A DNA stretch of 61,910 nucleotides, counting the filler. It is 5 parts of 5 records of this genome, joined end to end, with 100 filler letters (N's around TTAATTAATTAA, not from the genome) between each part and the next. Parts side by side here need not be neighbours in the genome. Positions count along the whole stretch, not along the records: positions 1 to 19,656 come from SRR20825010_6796; positions 19,757 to 42,687 come from SRR20825010_6812; 3 more parts are not named here. One strand, 5' to 3'. Of the stretch, positions 19,467 to 29,382 are shown piece after piece. The notes under the pieces were generated by a model, which saw only the letters and a list, made by a program, of their open reading frames with translations, had not been told where the DNA came from and made no database searches. Every line of letters begins with the position of its first letter. The first letter of the stretch is position 1. A program made the translations under genes and the position numbers.

Positions 19467-19604
19467 TAACTAACTCAAATTAGGTTGCTTATTGTTCTGG
19501 TAAAACAATAAGGGTTGTGGGTCAATATTTTATTTTAATTCTATGAAAAAGAAAAAATGATATTGACCTTAAAAAGGGTCTTGATATTTTCAAGATCCTT
19601 TTTT
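19467..19604 (+). ncRNA. Candidate ECF-dependent small RNA (about 140 nt, three hairpins)
   Basis: Follows the ECF motif; hairpins CTTATTGTT/AACAATAAG (19488-19512) and GGTCAATAT/ATATTGACC (19520-19568), then a terminator at 19571-19604; no meaningful ORF. Inference only. Confidence 0.45.
19571..19604. terminator. Intrinsic, probably bidirectional, terminator
   Basis: AAAAAGGGTCTTGA-tattt-TCAAGATCCTTTTTT (one G-U pair). Confidence 0.75.
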
Positions 19605-19656
19605 GCTTTATAGACTAACTCCTATTAATGGATCAAGAACAATTGTTGTGTTTATG

Positions 19657-19756
19657 NNNNNNNNNNNNNNNNNNNNNNNNNNNNNNNNNNNNNNNNNNNN
19701 TTAATTAATTAANNNNNNNNNNNNNNNNNNNNNNNNNNNNNNNNNNNNNNNNNNNN
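19657..19756. other. Artificial contig-joining spacer
   Basis: 44 N + TTAATTAATTAA (stops in all six frames) + 44 N; base composition jumps across it. Confidence 0.97.
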
Positions 19757-19757
19757 C

Positions 19758-20396
19758 GTTGCCAGGGCCTTTGCCCGCGAAGGCGCGCATGTCGTGCTTG
19801 TGGCCCGCACCGTGGGTGCACTCGAAGAACTGGACGACGAGATCCGAGCTGCAGGCGGCAGCGCCAGTCTGGTCCCCATGGATCTGACGGACTATCCGGC
19901 CATCGACCGGCTCGGCGCCGCTCTGCACGAGCGCTACGGCAAGATCGACATTCTGGTTGCCAATGGCGGCATGCTCGGCAACCTGACACCGGTCCATCAC
20001 TACGATCCCAAGCTCTGGGAACAGGTCATCGCGACCAATCTCACCGCGAACCAACGCCTGGTACGCAGCCTCGATCCGCTGCTCCGCCAATCCGATGCGG
20101 GCCGGGCGATTTTCGTGACCGCCGACGCCGCCAGCGGCGAGAAACCCTTCTGGGGCGCCTATGCCGTCAGCAAGGCCGCTCTGGAAGCCATGGTCCGGAG
20201 TTACGCGGCGGAAAACGTGAAGAGCAATATCAAGGCAAACCTGCTGAACCCCGGCGCGACACGCACCACATTGCGGGCGACCGCCTATCCGGGCGAGGAT
20301 CAGGCATCGGTAAAACCGCCGGAAGATCTGGTGCCCCTGTTCCTTGAACTGGCCTCTCCGGACTGCCGGCGTAACGGCGATCTCGTCAATGCGTAA
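19758..20396 (+). CDS. SDR family oxidoreductase (YciK-like), 5'-truncated by the contig edge
   Basis: Frame is open from the contig start (VARAFAREGAHVVLVART…); YAVSK (YxxxK); NPGATRTTLRATAYPGED. Confidence 0.88.
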   Translation, partial: VARAFAREGAHVVLVARTVGALEELDDEIRAAGGSASLVPMDLTDYPAIDRLGAALHERYGKIDILVANGGMLGNLTPVHHYDPKLWEQVIATNLTANQRLVRSLDPLLRQSDAGRAIFVTADAASGEKPFWGAYAVSKAALEAMVRSYAAENVKSNIKANLLNPGATRTTLRATAYPGEDQASVKPPEDLVPLFLELASPDCRRNGDLVNA

Positions 20397-21333
20397 CAGC
20401 CTTGCCAAAGCCTTCACCCTTGCAGCCGCTCTGAGCATCGGATTTTCGGGCCTGGCCATGGCCGTCGAAATCCAGGGCCATCGCGGCGCCCGCGGTCTCG
20501 TCCCGGAAAACACCCTACCCGCCTTCGAGAAAGCTCTTGATCTCGGTGTGGATGTGCTGGAACTCGACACAGTGGTGACAGCGGACGGCGTTGCCGTCAT
20601 TCATCATGACCGCGCGCTCTCGAAAGACCACACGCGGCGGGACGATGCCTGGATCGATCGCGAAATCCTGCTGAACCAGCTGACGGCTGCGGAACTGGAA
20701 ACATACGATGTCGGCCGGATACGCCCCGGCAGCCGCTATGCGAAGCGTTTTCCCGATCAGGCCCCGGTGGATGGCACCATGGTGCCGAAGCTCTCGGACC
20801 TGTTCGCCATGGTAGCCGCACGCGGAAACAAGACGATCCGGTTTAATATCGAAACCAAACGCTCTCCGCTGGAGCCGGGTGATACGCCCGAGCCGGAAGC
20901 CTTCGCCCGGCTGCTGATCGAGACCGCCCGGAATGCCGGCGTTCTGGACCGGATCACCCTGCAAAGCTTCGACTGGTCGACACTGATCGCCGCAAAGCGG
21001 ATCGATCCGGCCATCCCCACCGTGTGCCTCAGCGCCCAGGCCCGTTGGCTCGACTCAGCCGAGGTTGGCAAGGACGGAGCGTCCCCCTGGCTTGGCGGGC
21101 TTGACGTGGATGATTTTGGCGGATCCATACAGAAAGCGGCCAAGGCAGCGGGATGCGCTGTCTGGTCGCCCTATTATCGCAATGTCACGCAGGAAGCAGT
21201 CGAGGCCGCTCATGAAGAGGGCCTTCGCGTCATCGTCTGGACCGTCAACAAGGTCGAGGATATGAAGCGCCTGATCGCTCTTGGCGTCGATGGCATCATC
21301 ACGGACTATCCGGACCGGGCCAAAGACCTCTGA
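20389..21333 (+). CDS. Exported glycerophosphodiester phosphodiesterase
   Basis: Signal peptide; QGHRGARGLVPENTL, ELD, HHD, NIETK, QSFD, WTVN, DGIITDYP. Confidence 0.95.
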   Translation: MRNSLAKAFTLAAALSIGFSGLAMAVEIQGHRGARGLVPENTLPAFEKALDLGVDVLELDTVVTADGVAVIHHDRALSKDHTRRDDAWIDREILLNQLTAAELETYDVGRIRPGSRYAKRFPDQAPVDGTMVPKLSDLFAMVAARGNKTIRFNIETKRSPLEPGDTPEPEAFARLLIETARNAGVLDRITLQSFDWSTLIAAKRIDPAIPTVCLSAQARWLDSAEVGKDGASPWLGGLDVDDFGGSIQKAAKAAGCAVWSPYYRNVTQEAVEAAHEEGLRVIVWTVNKVEDMKRLIALGVDGIITDYPDRAKDL

Positions 21334-21430
21334 CCTGAGATCTTTGGCGCGCCGCAGAGCGGCATTGCCCGACAGAGCCGCCCTCCTATACTGATAGCCT
21401 GTATCTTTGCCACAGGGACACGCGTGACTT

Positions 21431-22420
21431 ATGGATCCAGCGGATGGTGACGATGGTCTGATCGCCGGCATCGGCATTAGCGATGCGGCCGGAACACAGT
21501 CTCTCGACTGGAACGCGATGGCTGATGGCCGTCCCGGAGGCTTCCGCCTCTGCTGGCTGCATCTCGACCAGAAAGAAGAACGCGCCCGCAGCTGGATCAG
21601 GAAGCAGGCTGGAATACCGGATATCGCGGCAGCAGCATTGGTGGCAGAAGAAACCCGGCCAAGGGTGCAACGGTTCGACAATGGCCTCCTGATCGTTCTG
21701 CGCGGCGTGAATCTCAATCCCGGAGCCAATCCCGAAGACATGGTCAGTCTCCGGATCTGGATTGAGCGCGGTTTCATGATCACGGTCCGACTGCGCCGCC
21801 TGCTCGCGGTTCAGGATACCCTGGCAGCGCTGGAAGACGGCTTCGTCCCCGCCGACACGGATGAGCTGCTGGCCTCTCTCGCCGAGCGCCTTTTCCGGCG
21901 CATGGAGCCTGTCATCGACGATCTGGAGGAACGGATCGATCTGGTCGACGAGGAACAGACCGCCAGCGACATGTCCCATCCGACGAGAGAGCTGCAAACC
22001 CTGCGGCTGCGGACCATCATCCTGCGGCGCTATATCCTGCCGCAGCGCGATGCCTTGCGCCAACTCACAGCCGACCCGCCATCCTGGTTCGCACAGAGAA
22101 CCCTTAGCGGTCTTACCGAGGCCGCGGACCGGGTCATTCGCTATGTGGAAAGCCTGGATGAAATCCGTGAACGGGCCATGGTCATTCAGGACACGATACA
22201 AAACCGCAGCAGCGAGGAACTAAACAGGCGGCTCTACATTCTGTCTGTTATATCGGCAGTCTGTCTGCCCATCGGCCTCCTTACAGGCTTGCTCGGGATC
22301 AATGTCGCCGGCATGCCAGGGGCCGAGACAGCATGGGCATTCTGGGCCGTGACCGTGATCATGGTAGCGATCGTCGGTCTGGAAGTCTGGGCGCTCAGAT
22401 CGCTTAAATGGTTCAAGTAA
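21431..22420 (+). CDS. zntB: Zinc transporter ZntB (CorA family)
   Basis: EETRPR, LRGVNLNPGANPEDMVSLRIW, GLLGINVAGMPG, two C-terminal TM helices. Confidence 0.9.
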   Translation: MDPADGDDGLIAGIGISDAAGTQSLDWNAMADGRPGGFRLCWLHLDQKEERARSWIRKQAGIPDIAAAALVAEETRPRVQRFDNGLLIVLRGVNLNPGANPEDMVSLRIWIERGFMITVRLRRLLAVQDTLAALEDGFVPADTDELLASLAERLFRRMEPVIDDLEERIDLVDEEQTASDMSHPTRELQTLRLRTIILRRYILPQRDALRQLTADPPSWFAQRTLSGLTEAADRVIRYVESLDEIRERAMVIQDTIQNRSSEELNRRLYILSVISAVCLPIGLLTGLLGINVAGMPGAETAWAFWAVTVIMVAIVGLEVWALRSLKWFK

Positions 22421-22446
22421 TCCAAAGGACCGGACCGCTGAAAATC

Positions 22447-24933
22447 ATGCCCCATCGTTTCACGGCCGTATTGGCCAGTCTGATTGTCACCGTCTGTCTC
22501 GGCGGATTTGCCGTTTCCGCACCGCAAGCGCTGGCGCAAGGCACACCGGACAATGCGGCCATCAACGAAACCGCGCAGGTCGGCCCGCAGCGCCTGCAGT
22601 CACTGCTCGACACGCTGAAAGACGACAGCAAACGCGAGGCCCTGATCACGGACCTGGAAACGCTGCTCACCGCCACGGAAGAGAAAAAAGAGGAGGAAGG
22701 TTCGTCCCTCGCCTCCGCCATGTCCGATGTAGTCACGGGGATCAGCGGTTTTCTTCAGGAAGCCGTCAGCCGGCTCTCCGACACTGCACTCGCCCTGACT
22801 GACGTGCAAAGCCTGATACCGGCAATTTCAGCTCTTGCCTCTGACCCGGAAGAACTCTTCCTGATCGGGCAATGGATCGCGATAATCGCCGGCATCGTGG
22901 CCCTCGGCCTTCTTGCCGTCCGGCTGACCAGGCATCTGTTGCGCCGCCCCGTCGACCGGCTGGAAGACTGGGTCATGCGCGGCTCGCTGCTGCGCAATCT
23001 TGCCGCACTGGTGCCGCTGCTGTTACTGCGCGGTGTCCGGGTTGTGGTTTTCTTCGCCATCACGCAGGGCATTCTGACGACCATTAACAGCACGGATGTC
23101 CAACTCGCCGGCCGGATTTTCGTCTTAGCCGTCGCGTCACATCTTGCCTGCCTCGCCCTCATTCATACTCTGTTGAAACCAGCGGGCCTGGTCAGCCGCT
23201 CGTTGAACATAACGGAAGCGACCGGTGCCTATCTGGGTGTCTGGGCCAACCGCGTGGTCGCGACAGGCATCTACGGCATTCTGGGCCTGCAGAGTGCCTA
23301 TATCCTCGGCATGCCGGTCACGACCTTCCTGTTCCTCGAGAAAACCGTCTACGGCGCACTCTGGGCGCTTCTGACGGCCTTCATTCTGCAGAACCGGACA
23401 AGTTTCGCCCAAGTCATCGCAGGCACCGGCGAAAAAGATACCAGCCGCACCTTCTGGTCCATTCTCTCCGCGGTCTGGCATCTGATCGCCATTGCTTACG
23501 TGACAGCGGGGCTGGTGATCCTGATGTCAATGGGCGACGCAGGCTTCAAGCGACTGGGTGAAATCGCTGCCTTCATGATCGTCATAGCAATCGCATGGCG
23601 GCTGGCCTGGCTTGCCGTCGATACGGCCGGACTCTGGGCGTTCTCCATATCCCGTGAGATGACCGATCGCTACCCATCTCTGGAACGACGGGCAAACCGC
23701 TACGTGCCCCATCTCCTGGCGGGAACCCGTGTGTTGATCTCGGTTGCGGCGCTTGGCGCCCTGCTTGAAATCTGGGGCATCCAGCTTTCCGCCTTCTTCG
23801 CTTCGGAAAACGGTCAGATACTGATCCGCGCCGTCGCCAGCATCATCGTTATCGGCGGTGGTGCCATCGCTTTCACGGAAATCGTCAGTCTCTTCATCGA
23901 GCGCCGGTTGTTCGTTCTGGAGAGCGAGGGCATTCTGAGCGGGCGCGAACGCACATTGTTGCCTCTTCTGCGCCGTGCCGTGGTTATCATCACCGGCGTA
24001 CTCGCGGCATTCATCATATTGTCCGAAATCGGTGTCGACATCACACCGCTCCTCGCCGGTGCCAGTATTATCGGCCTTGCCATCGGCTTCGGCTCGCAGT
24101 CCCTTGTCAAGGACGTGATCTCCGGCATCTTCCTGCTAATTGAGGACACGCTGAATGTCGGCGATTATGTCGAAGTCGGCGGCAAGTTCGGTACAGTCGA
24201 AGCACTGAGCATCCGCACCCTGAAATTGCGGGATGTTGCCGGCGACATGCATACGATCCCGTTCGGTACCGTCGATGTTATCACCAACATGACGAAAGAC
24301 TACGCCTACGCCCTGGTCGATGTCGGGGTGGCTTATCGCGAGGATGCCGATGCAGTGATGAAGCTGCTGCAGGAAATCGGAAACGAGTTGACCGAAGACG
24401 AGAAGATCAAACTTTCTGTCACCGGGCCTTTCGAGGTTTTCGGTGTCCAGGATCTCGCTGATTCCAGCGTCAATATCCGTACCCGGGTCAAGACCAAACC
24501 CGGCACCCAATGGTCCGTTCGCCGGGAATTCCTGCGTCGCGTCAAACGGCGCTTCGACACAGAAGGCGTCGAGATACCGTTCCCGCACCAGACCCTGTAT
24601 TTCGGCGAAGACAAAGATGGCGGCTCGCCTTCGGCCAATGTCCGCGTAACCCATGCGAAGCCACAACTTGAAGGCAAGGAATCCGGTCAGGATGATCCTG
24701 AATCGGATGCTTACTTCGAACCAGCCAACCCGGAAATGGCCGATGCGGAGGCAGCCCGGAATGCCGAGAAAAATGCTCAGGAAGCTGAGCGAAAACGCCT
24801 TCTGGAAGAGCGGGAGGAGGCTGCGGAAGAGGCAAAGCAAGCAGAGCAGGATCTTATCGGGGACGATAGTGACGATGATGATGATAAGTCCGGTGAAACG
24901 GACAAATCACCCACGAATAAAAAGCCCGTCTAG
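22447..24933 (+). CDS. Large MscS-family mechanosensitive channel (YbiO-like) with an acidic C-terminal tail
   Basis: PLLAGASIIGLAIGFGSQSLVKDVISG, VGDYV, GTVE, EIPFP; signal peptide and many TM segments. Confidence 0.92.
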   Translation: MPHRFTAVLASLIVTVCLGGFAVSAPQALAQGTPDNAAINETAQVGPQRLQSLLDTLKDDSKREALITDLETLLTATEEKKEEEGSSLASAMSDVVTGISGFLQEAVSRLSDTALALTDVQSLIPAISALASDPEELFLIGQWIAIIAGIVALGLLAVRLTRHLLRRPVDRLEDWVMRGSLLRNLAALVPLLLLRGVRVVVFFAITQGILTTINSTDVQLAGRIFVLAVASHLACLALIHTLLKPAGLVSRSLNITEATGAYLGVWANRVVATGIYGILGLQSAYILGMPVTTFLFLEKTVYGALWALLTAFILQNRTSFAQVIAGTGEKDTSRTFWSILSAVWHLIAIAYVTAGLVILMSMGDAGFKRLGEIAAFMIVIAIAWRLAWLAVDTAGLWAFSISREMTDRYPSLERRANRYVPHLLAGTRVLISVAALGALLEIWGIQLSAFFASENGQILIRAVASIIVIGGGAIAFTEIVSLFIERRLFVLESEGILSGRERTLLPLLRRAVVIITGVLAAFIILSEIGVDITPLLAGASIIGLAIGFGSQSLVKDVISGIFLLIEDTLNVGDYVEVGGKFGTVEALSIRTLKLRDVAGDMHTIPFGTVDVITNMTKDYAYALVDVGVAYREDADAVMKLLQEIGNELTEDEKIKLSVTGPFEVFGVQDLADSSVNIRTRVKTKPGTQWSVRREFLRRVKRRFDTEGVEIPFPHQTLYFGEDKDGGSPSANVRVTHAKPQLEGKESGQDDPESDAYFEPANPEMADAEAARNAEKNAQEAERKRLLEEREEAAEEAKQAEQDLIGDDSDDDDDKSGETDKSPTNKKPV

Positions 24934-24948
24934 GCCCGCCCCCCAGCC

Positions 24949-26127
24949 ATGCGCAAATTTGACTGTCTCATTATCGGCGCCGGCGCCGCCGGCATGATGT
25001 GCGCCGCCGAAGCCGGCAAACGCGGGCGTTCCGTGCTGATCGTCGATCACGCGGATGCACCGGGCGAGAAAATCCGTATCTCGGGCGGCGGTCGTTGCAA
25101 CTTCACCAACCTGAGAACCTCTCCGGAAAACTTCCTCTCCGAAAACCGGCGCTTCTGCATCTCAGCGCTGCGCCGTTACACCCAACGCGATTTCATTGCC
25201 CTCGTCGAAAAGCACAACATCGCCTACCACGAGAAAACGCTGGGCCAGCTGTTCTGCGACGGCTCCGCGAAAGCCATCATCGACATGCTACTGGCCGAAC
25301 TCCGCGAAACCGGCGCGCAGATCGAACTGTCAACGCAAGTGGACAGAGTTGAACGGCTGGGAGACGGCTTCCGCGTTGCGCTCTCTTCCGGCCCGGTCGA
25401 GGCCGCGTCTGTGGTCATTGCCACTGGCGGGAAGTCCATCCCGAAGATGGGCGCCACCGGCTTTGCGTACAGTATCGCCGACCAGTTCGGTATCAAGGTG
25501 ATCGAGCCGCGCCCCGGTCTGGTGCCCCTCACCTACGATGCAGCCATGCTGGAACAGCTCAAACCGCTCTCCGGCATTTCCGTCGATGCGATCGTCGCAT
25601 CCGGCAAAACACACTTCACCGAAGGATTGCTTTTCACCCATCGCGGCCTCAGCGGCCCCTCGATCCTGCAGATTTCGTCCTATTGGCGGGAGAATGGTGA
25701 AATTACTGTCGACCTGGCACCGGGAACTGACATCGCGGAGCGCCTGATCGCCGGCAAAGCGTCAAACGGCAAGCAAGCCGTCCAGACTGCTTTGGCCGAA
25801 CATCTGCCAAAGCGGCTGGCCGTGGCGATCGCGGAAGAAGCCAACCTCACCCGCCCGCTTGGCGATCTCAGCGACAAGGTGATTCGTCAGCTTGGCGAGC
25901 GGGTGAACCGCTGGCGCGTGAAACCTTCGGGCTCGGAAGGCTACCGGACCGCCGAAGTCACCCTCGGCGGCATCGACACAGCCGCGCTCAATCAGAAAAC
26001 CATGGAAGTGAAAGCCGAGCCTGGCCTCTATTTCATCGGCGAGGCCGTGGACGTGACAGGTTGGCTCGGCGGTTACAATTTCCAGTGGGCATGGTCCAGC
26101 GGCTGGAGTGCCGGGCAGGTGGTTTAA
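24949..26127 (+). CDS. NAD(P)/FAD-dependent oxidoreductase, HI0933/YhiN/BaiN family
   Basis: IIGAGAAG, KIRISGGGRCNFTN, FTHRGLSGP, AEVTLGG, GWLGGYNFQWAWSSG. Confidence 0.95.
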   Translation: MRKFDCLIIGAGAAGMMCAAEAGKRGRSVLIVDHADAPGEKIRISGGGRCNFTNLRTSPENFLSENRRFCISALRRYTQRDFIALVEKHNIAYHEKTLGQLFCDGSAKAIIDMLLAELRETGAQIELSTQVDRVERLGDGFRVALSSGPVEAASVVIATGGKSIPKMGATGFAYSIADQFGIKVIEPRPGLVPLTYDAAMLEQLKPLSGISVDAIVASGKTHFTEGLLFTHRGLSGPSILQISSYWRENGEITVDLAPGTDIAERLIAGKASNGKQAVQTALAEHLPKRLAVAIAEEANLTRPLGDLSDKVIRQLGERVNRWRVKPSGSEGYRTAEVTLGGIDTAALNQKTMEVKAEPGLYFIGEAVDVTGWLGGYNFQWAWSSGWSAGQVV

Positions 26128-27374
26128 GCCTGACGCGCCTTCGCGGCCGGCCTTTGAATACCGAACACAAGCCCGAGCAGAAGCAGCGCACACACGCCCG
26201 TCAGCACCCAGAGGCTGACGGTGAACCCACCGGTCACGTCATGGATGACGCCAATGGCGACCGGACCGGAGACGCCGCCAATTTCCGCCGCTGAGAAGAA
26301 CAGCCCTCCGGCAGAGCCCGCATTCTTCGATCCGACGCCGCGTGCCTCCACGAGGAATAACAACGCGATGGTCATCATCGAGCCGCGCGCCAGTCCCTGG
26401 AAGATCAGTGCCGGAATCAGCCCAGGTCCCTCTCCGAATTGCAGCAACAGGGTGCAAAGCCCCGCCAGCACGAACAACCCGCCGAGGATTGCGCCGCGCC
26501 GCTCCGGCGTTGCCAGGCGCGGGATGGTCAGAGAGCCAAGCACACCGATCATGGTCGGCAGCGCCGCCCAGTAACCCGCATCGACAGCGCTCATGCCGGT
26601 CGATTTCAGAATCTCCGGCAGCCAGTTATTGGTGCCGTGATTGAAGAAGAAAATCCCGACACTCATGGCAAGGATGACCCGCACCACCGGATTGGCCATC
26701 AGTTCCCGGAATATCTCGATCTGCGGCCGTTTCGGCGCCGCCTTTTCCGCCGCCTCGCGTGCACGGGCTTCCGGATGCTGCGCGATCAGCAGCCAGAGCA
26801 AGCCTGCAGCCGCTGTGATGGCGGCATAATCCAGCAGCACCGTGCGCCAGTCGCCGTCATGAAACGGCAGTACCACCGCGTTGGTCAGACTGAGCGAGAG
26901 GATGCCGCCAATGGCCGGGCCGGTGATGTAGATGCCCATGGCCAAGCCGCGTTCCTTGCCCTCGAACCATTCGGCAATGATCTTCGGCGCCCCGATGGAA
27001 ATCAGCGGCCCGCCAAACCCGAAAATACCAACGGCAAGGAACATGGTGAGATGGTCGACAGCCATGGCCCGGCAGAGACCGGAGGCTGCCATGATCAATG
27101 CCGCGAGCAACAAGGCCCGGCGGGCACCGATGCGATCAAGCAAGATGCCGCAAGGCACCGCCGCACCGATATAGATGAAGGGCCAGGCCCCAAGCACGGT
27201 CCCCATGGCGCCATGACTGAGCCCGAGATCCCGCGTGATCGGCCCGACCATCGGCGCCAGCGCACTGATCGTCAGACCAAAAGCCGAATAGATCAGCCAG
27301 ACGCCGAAAAGCATTGCCCAGCGGTAGGGGTGCTGCGCCGGATCAGCAGCGGAAACTTCAATGGTTTGATTCAC
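26124..27374 (-). CDS. MFS transporter (CynX/NimT-like)
   Basis: About 12 TM segments; GILLDRIGARR motif A; WFEGKERGLAMG. Confidence 0.9.
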   Translation of the reverse strand: MNQTIEVSAADPAQHPYRWAMLFGVWLIYSAFGLTISALAPMVGPITRDLGLSHGAMGTVLGAWPFIYIGAAVPCGILLDRIGARRALLLAALIMAASGLCRAMAVDHLTMFLAVGIFGFGGPLISIGAPKIIAEWFEGKERGLAMGIYITGPAIGGILSLSLTNAVVLPFHDGDWRTVLLDYAAITAAAGLLWLLIAQHPEARAREAAEKAAPKRPQIEIFRELMANPVVRVILAMSVGIFFFNHGTNNWLPEILKSTGMSAVDAGYWAALPTMIGVLGSLTIPRLATPERRGAILGGLFVLAGLCTLLLQFGEGPGLIPALIFQGLARGSMMTIALLFLVEARGVGSKNAGSAGGLFFSAAEIGGVSGPVAIGVIHDVTGGFTVSLWVLTGVCALLLLGLVFGIQRPAAKARQA

Positions 27375-27458
27375 GTGAAAGGCTCAATCAAGAACGCCAA
27401 AATGTCGTGACGACAGTACGGCTTTCCTCCGAAACCGCGCAAGGGCGGCGCCCTTCTT

Positions 27459-27773
27459 CTATTTGTCCGTGATTTCCTTCACACCGCGTGCGGCAAGGCG
27501 GAGATTACGGGCCATCTGCTCCATCTCCCGGCGCTGGCGGATTGTCAGATCCTCGTAGCGAAGCGCGTATTCAATACCGTCAGCCCGCTCCTGCAACCGT
27601 TTCAGCCGGACTTCGTCCTGCACCACTTCACGTCTGCGCTTGGAATTGAACACGGGCGTCTCGACCTTCCAACGGCGGTAATAACGCTGCTTCTGGCTTT
27701 CCAGAAGCGTGTCGTAGAGGGCGGCGATATCGTCGACCGTAAGCCGGTGACGGGTGATGCGGCGGCGGCTCAT
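27459..27773 (-). CDS. Hypothetical Arg-rich helical protein (104 aa)
   Basis: Fills the gap between amidase and MFS on the same strand; ATG at 27773; no recognised motif. Confidence 0.6.
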   Translation of the reverse strand: MSRRRITRHRLTVDDIAALYDTLLESQKQRYYRRWKVETPVFNSKRRREVVQDEVRLKRLQERADGIEYALRYEDLTIRQRREMEQMARNLRLAARGVKEITDK

Positions 27774-27859
27774 GCATGAAGTATGACGGCTAAGCCGCCA
27801 CAGGAACAAGACCGGATCGCGGTACTGACGCACTCGCGATCCGCCGTGACGGTTAACGC

Positions 27860-29299
27860 CTAGAGCAGTCCCTTGCGGCGCCACAATTCGTGAACCTGGA
27901 TGCCGTTCACCCGTTCCAGGCATTCGGCCGCATCCAGCGTCAGATCTTCCCGGAAGCGCCGGCCGATGATCTGCACCGACAGCGGAAGCCCCTCGTGATA
28001 ACCTGCGGGCGCGATGGAGGCAGGCAGACCGAGGAAGTTGATCAGCCAGCTATAGACGGATGAATCAAAGATATCGCGCACACCCGCCGAGCTGTCGGCA
28101 TCCTCGTTCCAGGTGAAGCCCGGCCGCATCATGAACGGCGTCAGGACCAGCGGATACTCTTCCAGGAACACATTCCAGGCCCGCAGATACCGGGTCCGGC
28201 GGGACATCGTCCGCAACAGGCCAACAGCATCGGTCGGCGGATAATTCTCGAAATAGAAGTCGAAGACCTTCTTGATGTCCGCGCTGCCATATTTCTGGAT
28301 GGCCTCGCCGATGAAGATCTCGCAATCCGCATAAAGCGCCGGCAGGGCTTCAGCAGCGGCCTCCCGGATCATCGGCGGGCTTGCTTCCTCGACGACATAC
28401 CCGGCCTTCTCAAGCTCTGTTGCCGTGCTTTCCAGTGCAGCCTCAACCGCCGGATGGATCTTGTAACCGTTGGTCTCGCGGCAGAACGCGACCTTGATCG
28501 GCTGATCCACCGCCGGGCCGTCGAACGGCATCGGGACCTGTAGCGGATCGCGCGGGTCGTGCTGCATCAGCACCCGGGTCGCGAGGCGCACATCGCGCAC
28601 CTCGCGGGCGATGATGCCCTGAACCGACATCAGCTGCGCCAGCAACGAGCGCTCTTCTGCACCGGACGGATTGTAGGCAGGCACGCGGCCTTGCCCCGGC
28701 TTAACGGTCACGGTTCCGGTCTGATAGGCCGGAAAGCGCAGGGAGCCACCGATATCGTTGCCATGTGCAATCGGGCAGAAGCCCGCGGCAACGGCAGAGG
28801 AAGCCCCGCCGGAGGAGCCACCCGGGGAATGATTATCGTCCCAGGGATTATAGGTCCGGCCATGCAACTCGTTCACAGTGGTCGGCCGGAAGGAGAACTC
28901 AGGGGTATTGGACCGTCCGACAATGATGGCGCCGGCCTTCTTCAGGCTCCGGACAACCGGGGCATCGTCCGGGGCAATCATATCCTTGAAAGCCGTCACG
29001 CCATTGCTGTTGGCGGTGCCCTTTTGATCGACATTGATCTTGATCGCGACCGGGACACCGTGCAGCGGGCCGATCGGGCCGTCCTGCTTCAGGATTTCGT
29101 CGTAGGACGCGGCCTGTTCCAGCGCGGCGTCCGTCTGATCGACGACGATGGCGTTCAGATGACCGTTCTCGGCCCTGATCCGGTCGACAACAGAGCTTAC
29201 GGCATCAGAGGCGCTGACACGCGCATCCCTGATGGCTCCGGACAGCTCCACGGCGCTCCATTGCCATAACGGGGCGGGATTCTTTGATGCGGCGGACAT
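27860..29299 (-). CDS. Amidase-signature family protein
   Basis: GPLHGVPVAIK, GGSSGG, GNDIGGSLRFPA (Ser-cisSer-Lys triad). Confidence 0.95.
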   Translation of the reverse strand: MSAASKNPAPLWQWSAVELSGAIRDARVSASDAVSSVVDRIRAENGHLNAIVVDQTDAALEQAASYDEILKQDGPIGPLHGVPVAIKINVDQKGTANSNGVTAFKDMIAPDDAPVVRSLKKAGAIIVGRSNTPEFSFRPTTVNELHGRTYNPWDDNHSPGGSSGGASSAVAAGFCPIAHGNDIGGSLRFPAYQTGTVTVKPGQGRVPAYNPSGAEERSLLAQLMSVQGIIAREVRDVRLATRVLMQHDPRDPLQVPMPFDGPAVDQPIKVAFCRETNGYKIHPAVEAALESTATELEKAGYVVEEASPPMIREAAAEALPALYADCEIFIGEAIQKYGSADIKKVFDFYFENYPPTDAVGLLRTMSRRTRYLRAWNVFLEEYPLVLTPFMMRPGFTWNEDADSSAGVRDIFDSSVYSWLINFLGLPASIAPAGYHEGLPLSVQIIGRRFREDLTLDAAECLERVNGIQVHELWRRKGLL

Positions 29300-29382
29300 G
29301 GCGGGACCTCGATTGGGAAAGGCAGGACCACCATGATGTCCCCTTCCCCACCGATTGCCAAGTCCACTCTGGAATCAGGTGC

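Noticed and set aside
19543-19560. MKKKK mini-ORF inside the candidate sRNA as a leader peptide
   Set aside because: Five codons in an A-tract that forms one arm of a hairpin; no evidence of translation
19701-19712. TTAATTAATTAA repeated four times in the window (also 42732, 46510, 57715) as a biological repeat or att site
   Set aside because: Always centred in exactly 44+44 N; a synthetic six-frame-stop linker
27814-27828. GAAC-N7-GATC upstream of the Arg-rich orphan as a second LexA box
   Set aside because: Mismatched half-site, no clear overlapping promoter, and the GATC belongs to a local hairpin
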